A DNA stretch of 64,000 nt from a virus: positions 1-64,000 of the IMG/VR virus record IMGVR_UViG_3300029705_000104; one strand, given 5' to 3'. Positions 27,051 through 35,652 of the stretch are shown piece by piece. Every line of letters begins with the position of its first letter. The first letter of the stretch is position 1. Position numbers and translations under genes: made by a program. A model generated the notes under the pieces. The model was given only the letters and a program-made list of their open reading frames with translations, had not been told where the DNA came from and searched no databases.

Positions 27051-27245
27051 TTATTCTCCTTCTTGCCATTCTTCAACAACTAATGATGATTCCTGAATAA
27101 CCTTAGCAACAAAGTTCGCTTCGTCTGGAGTCAACTTATCCACCATATTATTCATGATCCATGAAAAAGTATTGTAGACAAGCGTTGCAGTTTCCTTGTC
27201 ATTCATAGTATGCCTCTGGATCGATAATTTCAAGCAATGCGCCAA
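27051..27245 (-). CDS. hypothetical protein
   Basis: 64-aa ORF in the tRNA island. Confidence 0.25.
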   Translation of the reverse strand: MAHCLKLSIQRHTMNDKETATLVYNTFSWIMNNMVDKLTPDEANFVAKVIQESSLVVEEWQEGE

Positions 27246-27435
27246 AGAGAATTATGCCTAATGGAGATATGATAATAAACCAAGGAATCCCCGAATAACC
27301 GCCGAGCAAAAGAATTAGCAATCCCAAGCTGGATAAAAGGGAAAGCCCAGTAAGAAAAAGCAATACAAATTCTAACAAAGTCATACATACGTATTTAATG
27401 GACTTTAAAAATTCATTGAACATCATGTTTGCCAA
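27199..27435 (-). CDS. small membrane protein
   Basis: 78 aa; very hydrophobic (LLFLTGLSLLSSLGLLILLLGG...). Confidence 0.3.
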   Translation of the reverse strand: MANMMFNEFLKSIKYVCMTLLEFVLLFLTGLSLLSSLGLLILLLGGYSGIPWFIIISPLGIILFGALLEIIDPEAYYE

Positions 27436-27460
27436 GTTTGACTCCTTTCTAAAATATAAC

Positions 27461-27498
27461 TGGCCCAGTAGGATTTGAACCTACCCGCCATAGGTGCA
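27461..27498 (-). pseudogene. tRNA fragment: 5' end of a tRNA-Leu-like gene fused to a T-arm/acceptor segment (GTAGGTTCAAATCCTAC-TGGGCCA)
   Basis: GCACCTATGGCGG (identical to the tRNA-Leu(CAG) 5' end) joined directly to a T-arm with no D or anticodon arm. Confidence 0.4.
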
Positions 27499-27504
27499 TT
27501 TTAA

Positions 27505-27590
27505 TGGTGCGCATAGTGGGACTCGAACCCACACGCTACTGAGAGCACAAGATTTTAAGTCTCGGGCGTCTGCCATTCCGCCATATGCGC
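27505..27590 (-). tRNA. tRNA-Leu (anticodon UAA), type II, CCA encoded
   Basis: Minus reading GCGCATATGGCGGAATGGCAGACGCCCGAGACTTAAAATCTTGTGCTCTCAGTAGCGTGTGGGTTCGAGTCCCACTATGCGCACCA; anticodon loop CTTAAAA. Confidence 0.7.
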
Positions 27591-27599
27591 ACATTTAAA

Positions 27600-27968
27600 T
27601 TATTTTTCAGATTTAAATCCATTTGGATATTTCCATTCCATATAAAAAATCAGGAATGCATCTGAAAAGAATTTAGCTTTATTGTGGACATCAAATATAT
27701 CATGAATCGATATAATAGTCATATCTTTTGAGCTATCATCATTTTCTACTTTTAATGCCCATGTTTTTTCATATGATTTTTCATTTGAATAGCCAAATGA
27801 AATAAAGAAATTAGATGGATAACCTTCATTTAGTTCATTGAGATACATTACATTGTGGCAGGTGCCGACCATATGACCTATTGCATATGAAATATCTGAA
27901 TATAATACTTCTTGTAATGTAGTAAAATGATTAACTATAAGATTATCAAAGTCCACAATTTTACTCAT
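27600..27968 (-). CDS. hypothetical protein
   Basis: 122-aa ORF preceded by hairpin element 28005-28029. Confidence 0.35.
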   Translation of the reverse strand: MSKIVDFDNLIVNHFTTLQEVLYSDISYAIGHMVGTCHNVMYLNELNEGYPSNFFISFGYSNEKSYEKTWALKVENDDSSKDMTIISIHDIFDVHNKAKFFSDAFLIFYMEWKYPNGFKSEK

Positions 27969-28004
27969 TATTTTATTCTCCTATTTAATCATAATCAAAC
28001 ATGA

Positions 28005-28029
28005 GGTAAGGATTTCCACCTTACATGAG
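28005..28029 (-). promoter_or_regulatory. conserved hairpin element GGTAAGG-atttcca-CCTTAC-ATGAGTA upstream of gene 27600-27968
   Basis: Near-identical to 26572-26598. Confidence 0.4.
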
Positions 28030-28219
28030 TAACCATGAGCGGTTTTAGGTTGTCACTCCCTGTGTGTTACTCTCCAGACAACATTCAGCGTCTACTACAA
28101 ATATGACTGTCAGCCCTCAATCATATTTGCCGCATGTCACTTTACCCCCACAAAGAAACATACGTCTATTCCAGCCACTCATGTTTGAAAGAAAGGAAGG
28201 GAAAAGAAATGGTCAAAAA

Positions 28220-28501
28220 TTATGTTGAAGATTCATCTGAAGGCTTAAAAGAATATAATTCTTCCTTTTCACGCTTCTCGCAGGCTTCAGTTCCCCAGTT
28301 CAAATAAACACCTGCTTTTTTCAAATCTTCTACGCCGTTTTTGTGCCCATAACGAGAAACATACTTTAAGACATTCCCAATGCAAAATCCTTCGAATTGC
28401 TCAGGAGTGAGTTTATCGCGAATATAGTCAATAACCTCGATTTCGCCAAAAGTATAATGTGCTGGGCGATTTACATTATCCACTTTTGCACCATCTGCCA
28501 T
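28220..28501 (-). CDS. DUF3310-family phage protein
   Basis: VNRPAHYTFGEIEVIDYI matches the DUF3310 N-terminal PxHY...IE.ID signature. Confidence 0.5.
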   Translation of the reverse strand: MADGAKVDNVNRPAHYTFGEIEVIDYIRDKLTPEQFEGFCIGNVLKYVSRYGHKNGVEDLKKAGVYLNWGTEACEKREKEELYSFKPSDESST

Positions 28502-28521
28502 AGTGTGCCTCCTATTAATTA

Positions 28522-28713
28522 TTAGGTTTTTAAATAGATAGTTGCTGCTAAGTTTTCATCCATTTGCATTACGGTTTTGACTATCAACTCTTTAGTTTCT
28601 GAAATCTTTTTATCGAGAAGCTCCTTTTGCTCAGGATGTTTCTCTTTTAAAAGTGTATCAAATTTCATTCTATTTTGAAGATGCCATAAGGAAATAAACC
28701 GAGCAGCCGACAT
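28522..28713 (-). CDS. hypothetical protein
   Basis: 63-aa ORF. Confidence 0.25.
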   Translation of the reverse strand: MSAARFISLWHLQNRMKFDTLLKEKHPEQKELLDKKISETKELIVKTVMQMDENLAATIYLKT

Positions 28714-28715
28714 TT

Positions 28716-29453
28716 TTATTCCTCCAAAGGTTTGATATCATCGAAAAGCGCCGGGAGTTTCATTCGCAGTTCATTCAGCAGGGGAACCATAACCTCTAAC
28801 ATCTGAGGATGGGGCTTTCCTGTAGTGCCGGCCGCACGCAGATTCAAAATATGACGCCATTCCCTCATATTAGCCGTTATCACAATCTCTGTTTTAAGGC
28901 TATTGGGGAGAACGGAACGCGCTTCTTGAGGAGTTGCACCATCTTCCAGCATTTCAAAATAAGACTCATCAGCACAAAGACAGGCATAATACCAATCGAT
29001 GTATTGCCTTTCTCTTGGAGTAAAGGTTTCATAAATGCCAGATTTCAGATTCTCCTCGTAAAGTCGAATAATTTCAGCAGCACGTTCATCTGAAATTTCA
29101 TCAAAGAAACAAGGCCGGATTACCGTAATTTCATGACCAAACCGGTCATCAGAATAATTGCAATACCGAGTACTTTCTTGGGCAAAACTACACGGACGGT
29201 GACGAACCATCTCGTGAGAAACTCCGCGGTCATTGATGAACTTAACAGTCATAATTGCATGCTCTAGCATTGCATCATGATGATTATTGCGAAGCCCTCT
29301 TACAAACTTTTCCGCACTTTCATCTGTAATCTTGGCTTCACTTTTGTAGCAAGTGCGGCCAGCTTTTTCGATGGCCTTATAAATATCACTTGCACATTTG
29401 GGATCATCAAGATCCATATTTAAAATTTGGTATCCAGCTCTTACAATTTTCAT
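28716..29453 (-). CDS. thyX: flavin-dependent thymidylate synthase ThyX
   Basis: ThyX signature RHRxxSxxxxSxRY present (EMVRHRPCSFAQESTRY). Start placed at MKIVRAGY with a GGAGCAA RBS. Confidence 0.75.
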   Translation of the reverse strand: MKIVRAGYQILNMDLDDPKCASDIYKAIEKAGRTCYKSEAKITDESAEKFVRGLRNNHHDAMLEHAIMTVKFINDRGVSHEMVRHRPCSFAQESTRYCNYSDDRFGHEITVIRPCFFDEISDERAAEIIRLYEENLKSGIYETFTPRERQYIDWYYACLCADESYFEMLEDGATPQEARSVLPNSLKTEIVITANMREWRHILNLRAAGTTGKPHPQMLEVMVPLLNELRMKLPALFDDIKPLEE

Positions 29454-29469
29454 AAATAGGTTGCTCCTT

Positions 29470-29697
29470 TCAATTTCTCTCAAGAAAAAGCAAAGCCTCT
29501 TCTTTAGTTTTGCCAATCAGCATATAAGGGAGAATAGAAATCTCACCAGCATAAAATGTTTTGAGAACTGTCCAGTCTGTAAAACTATGCTTATGAGGAA
29601 GATTATCATCGAAACGGACTATAATTTTTTCCATTCCTTCATATTCCTCAGCTGGGATAATAGATGCTTCAATAATAATATTATTCTTCGCTTCCAT
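29470..29697 (-). CDS. hypothetical protein
   Basis: 75-aa ORF. Confidence 0.3.
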   Translation of the reverse strand: MEAKNNIIIEASIIPAEEYEGMEKIIVRFDDNLPHKHSFTDWTVLKTFYAGEISILPYMLIGKTKEEALLFLERN

Positions 29698-30010
29698 TTT
29701 GATTTTCCTCTTCCTTTGATATAAGTACGCCTGATGGTCCTTTGCTTAAAGCCAGATCATAAAAATCTTTTAATCCCTGGTTATAAACAAGCAATTTGGG
29801 GGCATCACGATTAATGATCATGGCTGCAGTCATTAATCCCAAAGTAAAACCTGCTCGTTTAGAATCCGAGCAAGTCTCAATCATATGATCTGCCTCTTTT
29901 GAAAAACAGAAGTCATTAACTGCTTTGTATATATCCTGATAGCGAATAAGTATATCAGCTATTGGTATAGACGTTATTTTTTCTTCAGGCATATATGATC
30001 CTTCTTTCAA
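29681..30010 (-). CDS. hypothetical protein
   Basis: 109-aa ORF downstream of promoter motif 30047-30074. Confidence 0.3.
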   Translation of the reverse strand: MKEGSYMPEEKITSIPIADILIRYQDIYKAVNDFCFSKEADHMIETCSDSKRAGFTLGLMTAAMIINRDAPKLLVYNQGLKDFYDLALSKGPSGVLISKEEENQNGSEE

Positions 30011-30046
30011 AAGAAAATAGAACTGGCATAAGATACCTTATCAGTT

Positions 30047-30074
30047 CCATTTATGCATATGTTTTTTGCGCGTG
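30047..30074 (-). promoter_or_regulatory. copy of conserved promoter-like motif
   Basis: Minus reading cacgcgcaaaaAACATAtgcatAAATGG. Confidence 0.35.
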
Positions 30075-30075
30075 C

Positions 30076-30474
30076 TTAAAATGATTCAAAAATACCACAT
30101 TCATGCCAAGCTTTTGCAATTTTCGGGCCTTGAAGAGATATCCAATCAACCATTTCTTCATTTTTCGGCCAAGGACCAGAAAAGCGAGAAGCATCATGAC
30201 ATAGTCCACTTTCATCTAAAAAAGCATGTACGATTTCATGCCTAAGACACCGCTTCATAAGTTCATCAATAAAACCCTGTTCATCTTCAGCGAATATAGG
30301 GTCTATGGAAAGATCAGCAATAACAATTAATCTTTCAGGGAATGATGAATATCCATCGGCATGCGAATCTTTTAGATCTTTATCTTTCATGCGATCTCGT
30401 ACTTCAATTCTCCATGGGGTACCTAAAATAGACACGGTCGCCGGAAAAGTCATTGCCTTAAGTTTCTTAGCCAT
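30076..30474 (-). CDS. putative Zn-metallopeptidase-like protein (HExxH)
   Basis: CLRHEIVHAFLDESG contains HEIVH; 132 aa. Confidence 0.4.
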   Translation of the reverse strand: MAKKLKAMTFPATVSILGTPWRIEVRDRMKDKDLKDSHADGYSSFPERLIVIADLSIDPIFAEDEQGFIDELMKRCLRHEIVHAFLDESGLCHDASRFSGPWPKNEEMVDWISLQGPKIAKAWHECGIFESF

Positions 30475-30535
30475 AATATTTCTCTCCTTTAAAATATCAA
30501 TATTTCCTTTTTGGGATCTTTTTTACTTTAATCTC

Positions 30536-31120
30536 TTAGCCCCAATATTTTTGTCCATTGACTGGCCATTCAAATCCAAAATCAGAACGCTTAATTTTGC
30601 ATTGCGGTTCTCCATCTTTCCAGAATACAATTCCTTCAATTGGAGTTTCTTCAAGATAATGGCGTAAACCTTCGAATGATCTATCAACTACAAGTCGTAC
30701 ATCTCCGTGCCTTACAAGTACATCTAAAGTCATATTATAAGGATTACCTTGAAAATGGGGGCCGATAACTTCGTAGGTTCCATCTTCGAGCTCATGTCCG
30801 GTATGCTTTAGAGCTTCAATATACCATTTTGAATCCGGATCATCCTCTTTGACAGGAACCCAATGAGGCCAATGACCTGTTACAGGATCTGGATGGCAAC
30901 AAGGAATTGCTCCTTCAGGAGGTTGTTTTCCTTTCTTTGCATCATAACGCCTATAAAATTTGCCATCCAGGATAGCACAACAAGCGCCATCAAGTTTTAA
31001 TGTTGCTTCCCCTTCTCCATCAAGCACCCATTGCAAAGAAGGGTCAGACAATTCTGGTTTGATCCCTACTTTTCGATGCCCATCGTATTCTCTTTCAAAT
31101 AAAGTTGGAATTTTTTTCAT
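30536..31120 (-). CDS. nucleotidyltransferase/ATP-dependent ligase-like protein (KxDG motif)
   Basis: ATLKLDGACCAILDG carries the covalent-adenylation motif I (KxDG) of DNA/RNA ligases. Start at MKKIPTLF with a GAAGGAG RBS. Confidence 0.45.
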   Translation of the reverse strand: MKKIPTLFEREYDGHRKVGIKPELSDPSLQWVLDGEGEATLKLDGACCAILDGKFYRRYDAKKGKQPPEGAIPCCHPDPVTGHWPHWVPVKEDDPDSKWYIEALKHTGHELEDGTYEVIGPHFQGNPYNMTLDVLVRHGDVRLVVDRSFEGLRHYLEETPIEGIVFWKDGEPQCKIKRSDFGFEWPVNGQKYWG

Positions 31121-31131
31121 AACTATCTCCT

Positions 31132-31866
31132 TCAATATACTTCTTCTATAACTGAATATTCTCCACTTACCCATAAGACTCGGTTTTTATATAAAATAGC
31201 ATGCCATCCATTTTCTGAAGTAGCCACCCAAGGATACATAGTCCTTTTATTTTCAATTTGCGTAACTATTCCAAAATTGGTGCCATTTCCAAGTCGAATA
31301 TTTACTTTATTCATAGTTGTAACGACCATCTTTTTCAATTCTTTTGCAGCCGTTGAGCTATTTGTGGAGTATTTTAAGTAATATTTGCAAGCCTCATCAA
31401 CTCGTCTATCTAATGCAGCTTGATCCGTTTTAGCAGGTTTTTCATACTTTTTCATGATGATATTGCAAGGAGTAATAATATCTGTAGCATTGATAACGGC
31501 TTCCCAAACTGTTTTATACTTAGGCATTTCCGTAAGTAAAAAATCAATTTGTACTTCCGGGCTACCAATATCTTTTCCTTTAGCAAAATCATATAGTGCT
31601 TCCTTACGTGTATAATAGCACCATTGGGCTAATCCAAATGCAATGCCATCTTTAGAAAAAGATTTTCGATCAAGGGTATCATGGTTAACTAAATCGGCGT
31701 ATGTTCTGGAATCGACATAATATTTCCTGTTCGCTCCAGTCATGCATAAAGGATTTAGAGAGCTTTCTAACATTAAATTTCCCATAATAGCGGCAACTCC
31801 GCATGGGTTTTTAATTGTTAAAAATAGACGATTCCAAATTTCTTGTTCAATATTGGCATCAATCAT
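31132..31866 (-). CDS. peptidoglycan hydrolase (phage tail-lysozyme-like) with C-terminal SH3b-like domain
   Basis: NPCGVAAIMGNLMLESSLNP resembles the tail-lysozyme GN..ES motif; C-terminus VNIRLGNGTNFGIV...GWHAILYKNRVLWVSGEY is SH3b-like. Confidence 0.5.
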   Translation of the reverse strand: MIDANIEQEIWNRLFLTIKNPCGVAAIMGNLMLESSLNPLCMTGANRKYYVDSRTYADLVNHDTLDRKSFSKDGIAFGLAQWCYYTRKEALYDFAKGKDIGSPEVQIDFLLTEMPKYKTVWEAVINATDIITPCNIIMKKYEKPAKTDQAALDRRVDEACKYYLKYSTNSSTAAKELKKMVVTTMNKVNIRLGNGTNFGIVTQIENKRTMYPWVATSENGWHAILYKNRVLWVSGEYSVIEEVY

Positions 31867-32338
31867 CGCTATCCTCCTCTTCACATATTGGCTCAAGTGT
31901 AATGTATATAGTCCAATCATCATGGTCTTTTATCTTAGCCCTAAATGTAGGACTATTTCCATCCCTAAAAATATAAGCTGTGAGATGAAAAAAGGGACTC
32001 ATTCCTGCATTGATAGCTTCAACCACTTCATTATAATTTTTTTCAACCCAATCTTCGTATGTGATATTGGAATAATCGAGGATGTCCATTGCCATTTCGC
32101 ATTCAAAAATAGAAACAATATTGTTTGATAACTTAATGTATTCATAATTATTCCATATATGATTTATTTTTTCTAGTATGGAATTTGTGCCATCAGCAAA
32201 AGCATTATACATGGTAACGAATTCAGATTTGAGTAGTTCCCATTGCATATCAGGCAAATCTGTTTGCGGATCAAAGCCTTCAGCATGGAATATAACTTGG
32301 CAAGCATTTTTATTATTCATAATAATCCTCCTTAGCAC
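31859..32338 (-). CDS. hypothetical protein
   Basis: 159-aa ORF. Confidence 0.3.
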   Translation of the reverse strand: MLRRIIMNNKNACQVIFHAEGFDPQTDLPDMQWELLKSEFVTMYNAFADGTNSILEKINHIWNNYEYIKLSNNIVSIFECEMAMDILDYSNITYEDWVEKNYNEVVEAINAGMSPFFHLTAYIFRDGNSPTFRAKIKDHDDWTIYITLEPICEEEDSDD

Positions 32339-32599
32339 TTAGTATCCGCCCTTGTATTTAATCAACCATTCTTTAACAGCAACCTGTGCTTTAGCAAAAC
32401 ATAGTTCAATATCAGAACTTTGCACATCACACAAAATAGCGTCTTTTCCATCTGTAGAGGTCTTAGTTCCTGGATAATCTTCGGCGCATCCTTTTTTCCA
32501 CACTGTAATACACCAATCAAGTGTTTTACTGCAATAAATTGATACATGAATAGCCTCATCACTTGTAAGCTTGTCTATGAATTTTATGAAGTCGTTCAT
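32339..32599 (-). CDS. hypothetical protein
   Basis: 86-aa ORF. Confidence 0.3.
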   Translation of the reverse strand: MNDFIKFIDKLTSDEAIHVSIYCSKTLDWCITVWKKGCAEDYPGTKTSTDGKDAILCDVQSSDIELCFAKAQVAVKEWLIKYKGGY

Positions 32600-32756
32600 C
32601 CCGCTCTTTCCTCTTTTCCGCCCTCAGCGGGCAATATTTAGGAATGTCCATTGACACCTTATGAATGTTTTCTGGGTGTGGATTATTCTTTAAATTGTAT
32701 TCACAGGTTCCATTTTGACAAACTTCTTTAGGACACCATTGTTCAAATTTTTTCAT
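32559..32756 (-). CDS. hypothetical protein
   Basis: 65-aa ORF. Confidence 0.25.
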   Translation of the reverse strand: MKKFEQWCPKEVCQNGTCEYNLKNNPHPENIHKVSMDIPKYCPLRAEKRKERDERLHKIHRQAYK

Positions 32757-33589
32757 ATAGAATTTTCCCCTTTTGGAAGTAATTGATAAATCTTTCCTTT
32801 ATACTCTTCACGCTGCTTGCCTTTAACATACGGCCGAACAAATACCACCTTACCATTTTTGTAGTGTCTAAAATGGCCACGTACGCCCCATGCTTGACAT
32901 TGAATTTCGGTCTTCTTTCGTTCGACCTTTACTTGCCAATTTTTTCTGAGCTTATACTGATTGACCAGACGAATGGTTCGTGTTTCGACAGTAGAATGAG
33001 GATACTGCACTTTTCGACTAGGGCCTTGGCATTGAATTTCTTTTACTTTGAAAGCAACGTCTTTGAAATGAAAGAAAAAGCAATTAAGTAATAGAAAAAG
33101 CATAGCCATGGTTTCATAGTTATATAAACCGCTGTCCCCATCTTCTTCTCGTAAAAATTTCGTAACTGCACTATTGCTGTTTACATTTTTTAATTCGAAT
33201 AATGCATGACCTGTTTGATTTGGAAATACTTTAATATCACAATCTACAGAAAAGCGTTGAAGTTCAGGACTTTGCTCCCAAATGCGAATATGAAGCATAT
33301 TAGAGCTAATAACTGAAAAATAGTAGGTTTCTTCTCTAAAAATAAATTTAATTTTACGGAGTGCAACATATTTCAAATTAAAATAGTTAGGATCCTCTTG
33401 AATATAAGGATTTGTAATTTGAGAAATTTGGTGAAGTTCGTCCGTAGTCAAGGTTATCGTGTCCCAGCCCTTTTGGTCATACGATTCTTTTAGTTGAAGT
33501 TGGTCTAAATTTGATTGCGGCTTGTGCAAAAAGTTTGCGCCTAATGTCTTCTTCCATTCATCCCAATTTGGCTCTTTACTTGCTTCCAT
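32753..33589 (-). CDS. hypothetical protein
   Basis: 278-aa ORF. Confidence 0.35.
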   Translation of the reverse strand: MEASKEPNWDEWKKTLGANFLHKPQSNLDQLQLKESYDQKGWDTITLTTDELHQISQITNPYIQEDPNYFNLKYVALRKIKFIFREETYYFSVISSNMLHIRIWEQSPELQRFSVDCDIKVFPNQTGHALFELKNVNSNSAVTKFLREEDGDSGLYNYETMAMLFLLLNCFFFHFKDVAFKVKEIQCQGPSRKVQYPHSTVETRTIRLVNQYKLRKNWQVKVERKKTEIQCQAWGVRGHFRHYKNGKVVFVRPYVKGKQREEYKGKIYQLLPKGENSI

Positions 33590-33654
33590 TTTGATTTAAT
33601 CCTCCTAAAACTGTGAGAAAAGAAAGAGCACCTGTATAAGTGCTCTTTACATTT

Positions 33655-34539
33655 TTAAATGGATCCCACAAGTCTGTAATTGTTAGATCCGGCTTCAACG
33701 GCTTCCTCAGCGACTCTTAATGCCTGCTCTTTAGTATCACAAGCAATTAAGAAGTTTGCTGTATGAGCAAAATGGATTCCTCTGTCAGGATCAGCATGAC
33801 CGAGCCAGTCAGTCGGAAAATCCATTCTATTTACAAACGATCCAGGATTTTTAGGGACCGTTTGAACATTCCATCCTCCTCTTGTTGAAGGATATACTGT
33901 AAATAATACATCCTTAAGTCTAACATCGGATTGGACAGTATCCGCCCAAGGCAGATAGGTATCCAGTACCAATATGTTTCCCCCAAAATAGCAGCTGAGA
34001 ACTTTTTCTCGTGCTTCTACAATGGAATTTGCATGATCGATATGAGCCTTCAAAAGGATCATAGCAACCTGCATAGCTCTATGAAAATTTACATCTTCAG
34101 AGCTATTATCATTCCAATTAGGGTTCATAACCTTAATTGTAGAGGACAACAGATTCTGCTGAACGCCATTATCAGCTTTATCGATTCCGACAACTAAAGT
34201 ATTATCCACTTTAGCCCAGGCAGTTCTGTCCGGACACAGTAAATGCCCAAAGTCTCTCCACAAAAGTCCAAAACCGCAATACGGAATTGGATCTCTTCCA
34301 GGATCGGCTTTTCGGAATGCTTTATCTTCCTGATGGTGATCGTATTTTCCCATTCCGATATCAAATACGAGTGCTTCCTCACCAATATTTGCGGCGCGCT
34401 TAAGTGCTTCTTCGACATCCAAAGTCCGAATAATTTTAATATCCGGATTTATCAGTCGGCACATAGCCACACCAAATACATCATCAGCATGAAAAATTGT
34501 GCTATGAGTGATTACCTGTTTGTAATTAAATTCTTCCAT
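33655..34539 (-). CDS. MYG1/UPF0160-family metal-dependent hydrolase
   Basis: ITHSTIFHADDVFGVAMCRL (cf. THNGSFHCDEALAC) and the GKYDHHQ motif. Confidence 0.55.
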   Translation of the reverse strand: MEEFNYKQVITHSTIFHADDVFGVAMCRLINPDIKIIRTLDVEEALKRAANIGEEALVFDIGMGKYDHHQEDKAFRKADPGRDPIPYCGFGLLWRDFGHLLCPDRTAWAKVDNTLVVGIDKADNGVQQNLLSSTIKVMNPNWNDNSSEDVNFHRAMQVAMILLKAHIDHANSIVEAREKVLSCYFGGNILVLDTYLPWADTVQSDVRLKDVLFTVYPSTRGGWNVQTVPKNPGSFVNRMDFPTDWLGHADPDRGIHFAHTANFLIACDTKEQALRVAEEAVEAGSNNYRLVGSI

Positions 34540-34588
34540 TTTGATTTTCTCCCTTCATTTTGTCAGTAGTGTTAGTATAAAATCTGTT

Positions 34589-34614
34589 CCATTAAAGAGC
34601 TTGTTTTATACGCG
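34589..34614 (-). promoter_or_regulatory. copy of conserved promoter-like motif
   Basis: Minus reading ttttcgcgtataaAACAAGctcttTAATGGaa. Confidence 0.45.
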
Positions 34615-34656
34615 AAAAAGATAAAGACGACTTGTACTCGTCGCCTTTATTTTTTT
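34615..34656. terminator. terminator-like hairpin flanked by an A-run and a T-run (possibly bidirectional)
   Basis: AAAGACGAC-ttgtact-CGTCGCCTTT followed by T8 on the plus strand and preceded by A5. Confidence 0.35.
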
Positions 34657-34663
34657 TCAATGC

Positions 34664-34999
34664 TTACGAATCTGTATTTTTCTTATTTTCGCTTACATTT
34701 GTACTGACTAGGAGTCCATCTGCATCCAACTCTAAATCAACATTAATTCCTTGAGAAATATCATATTCGTCACTTTCCAGATAGATCCGAATTTGATCAG
34801 CTAAACGCTGAGCTTTGATACTATTTTTCCTATAAATTTCCATTTCTTTTTCGAATTTCTCACGTTCGATGGCTTCTCGACGGGCATTAGCCGATCGGGT
34901 AACCAATTCTCGATCTTGTTCGTCAACGCAGACTTTAACGGTCAAAAGACCTAAAGCCAGTGCTGCTGCTCCTAAAACAATCCATCCTAGTTTAGTCAT
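34664..34999 (-). CDS. membrane-anchored coiled-coil protein
   Basis: N-terminal TM helix WIVLGAAALALGLLTV; 111 aa. Confidence 0.3.
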   Translation of the reverse strand: MTKLGWIVLGAAALALGLLTVKVCVDEQDRELVTRSANARREAIEREKFEKEMEIYRKNSIKAQRLADQIRIYLESDEYDISQGINVDLELDADGLLVSTNVSENKKNTDS

Positions 35000-35052
35000 T
35001 TTTATTCTCCTTTCATACTTTTATGTAATCAGAGTAGTACATAGATTAGTCT

Positions 35053-35079
35053 CCCATTAAATGACATGTTTTTTGAACG
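35053..35079 (-). promoter_or_regulatory. copy of conserved promoter-like motif
   Basis: Minus reading cgttcaaaaAACATGtcattTAATGGga. Confidence 0.45.
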
Positions 35080-35109
35080 TTTTAGGACAAAATATTATTC
35101 CCCGTTAAT

Positions 35110-35325
35110 TTAACGAGGAATATAAATACCACCATATTGTGTAACATTCATTGCTACCATGAGTGTCTCTTTTTTAGTTTGTAATTCGTCAATTTCGAGG
35201 CCATTATAATATGAACTATATGGGGACGACAAATTCTCGCATTTACGAATTATTTGAATTTCATCATCAATTTTCAACAATTCTTGGTACTTCTTTCTAT
35301 AGTCATTCCATTCATTACTAGTCAT
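35110..35325 (-). CDS. hypothetical protein
   Basis: 71-aa ORF. Confidence 0.3.
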   Translation of the reverse strand: MTSNEWNDYRKKYQELLKIDDEIQIIRKCENLSSPYSSYYNGLEIDELQTKKETLMVAMNVTQYGGIYIPR

Positions 35326-35342
35326 ATAAATATACCTCCTTT

Positions 35343-35369
35343 CTCATTAAAGAGCATGTTTCACGTGCG
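35343..35369 (-). promoter_or_regulatory. copy of conserved promoter-like motif
   Basis: Minus reading cgcacgtgaAACATGctcttTAATGAg. Confidence 0.45.
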
Positions 35370-35399
35370 AAAAAAAAGATGCTGTGTTTTTCACACAGC
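35370..35399 (-). terminator. intrinsic terminator
   Basis: A8 then GCTGTGT-ttttc-ACACAGC hairpin. Confidence 0.5.
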
Positions 35400-35560
35400 A
35401 GAATCTTTTATACCGTTCTTTTTGTTGTAACACCTTCTAATCCATTCCTGGGATTCCTTGGGAAGTTTATTGATGTCGATCTTGTGCACCTTAACAGGGA
35501 TTTCCTCTTTTTCATCCTTGCGTATAAATGCCTTTATCAACTCCACAATAAACATCTTTT
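35396..35560 (-). CDS. small protein (54 aa), below the ORF-track cutoff
   Basis: Minus ORF MFIVELIKAFIRKDEKEEIPVKVHKIDINKLPKESQEWIRRCYNKKNGIKDSAV with AAAGGAGGA RBS; flanked by promoter motif 35591-35618 and terminator 35370-35399. Confidence 0.35.
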
Positions 35561-35590
35561 TATCCTCCTTTTAATTTATAGTATTGTGTT

Positions 35591-35618
35591 CCATTAATAT
35601 CCATGTTGATCGCGCGTG
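35591..35618 (-). promoter_or_regulatory. copy of conserved promoter-like motif
   Basis: Minus reading cacgcgcgatcAACATGgatatTAATGG. Confidence 0.45.
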
Positions 35619-35621
35619 GTC

Positions 35622-35652
35622 AAAAAAAGAAGTCCGTGTTGTTAGCACGGAC
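35622..35652 (-). terminator. intrinsic terminator
   Basis: A7 then GTCCGTG-ttgttag-CACGGAC hairpin. Confidence 0.5.
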
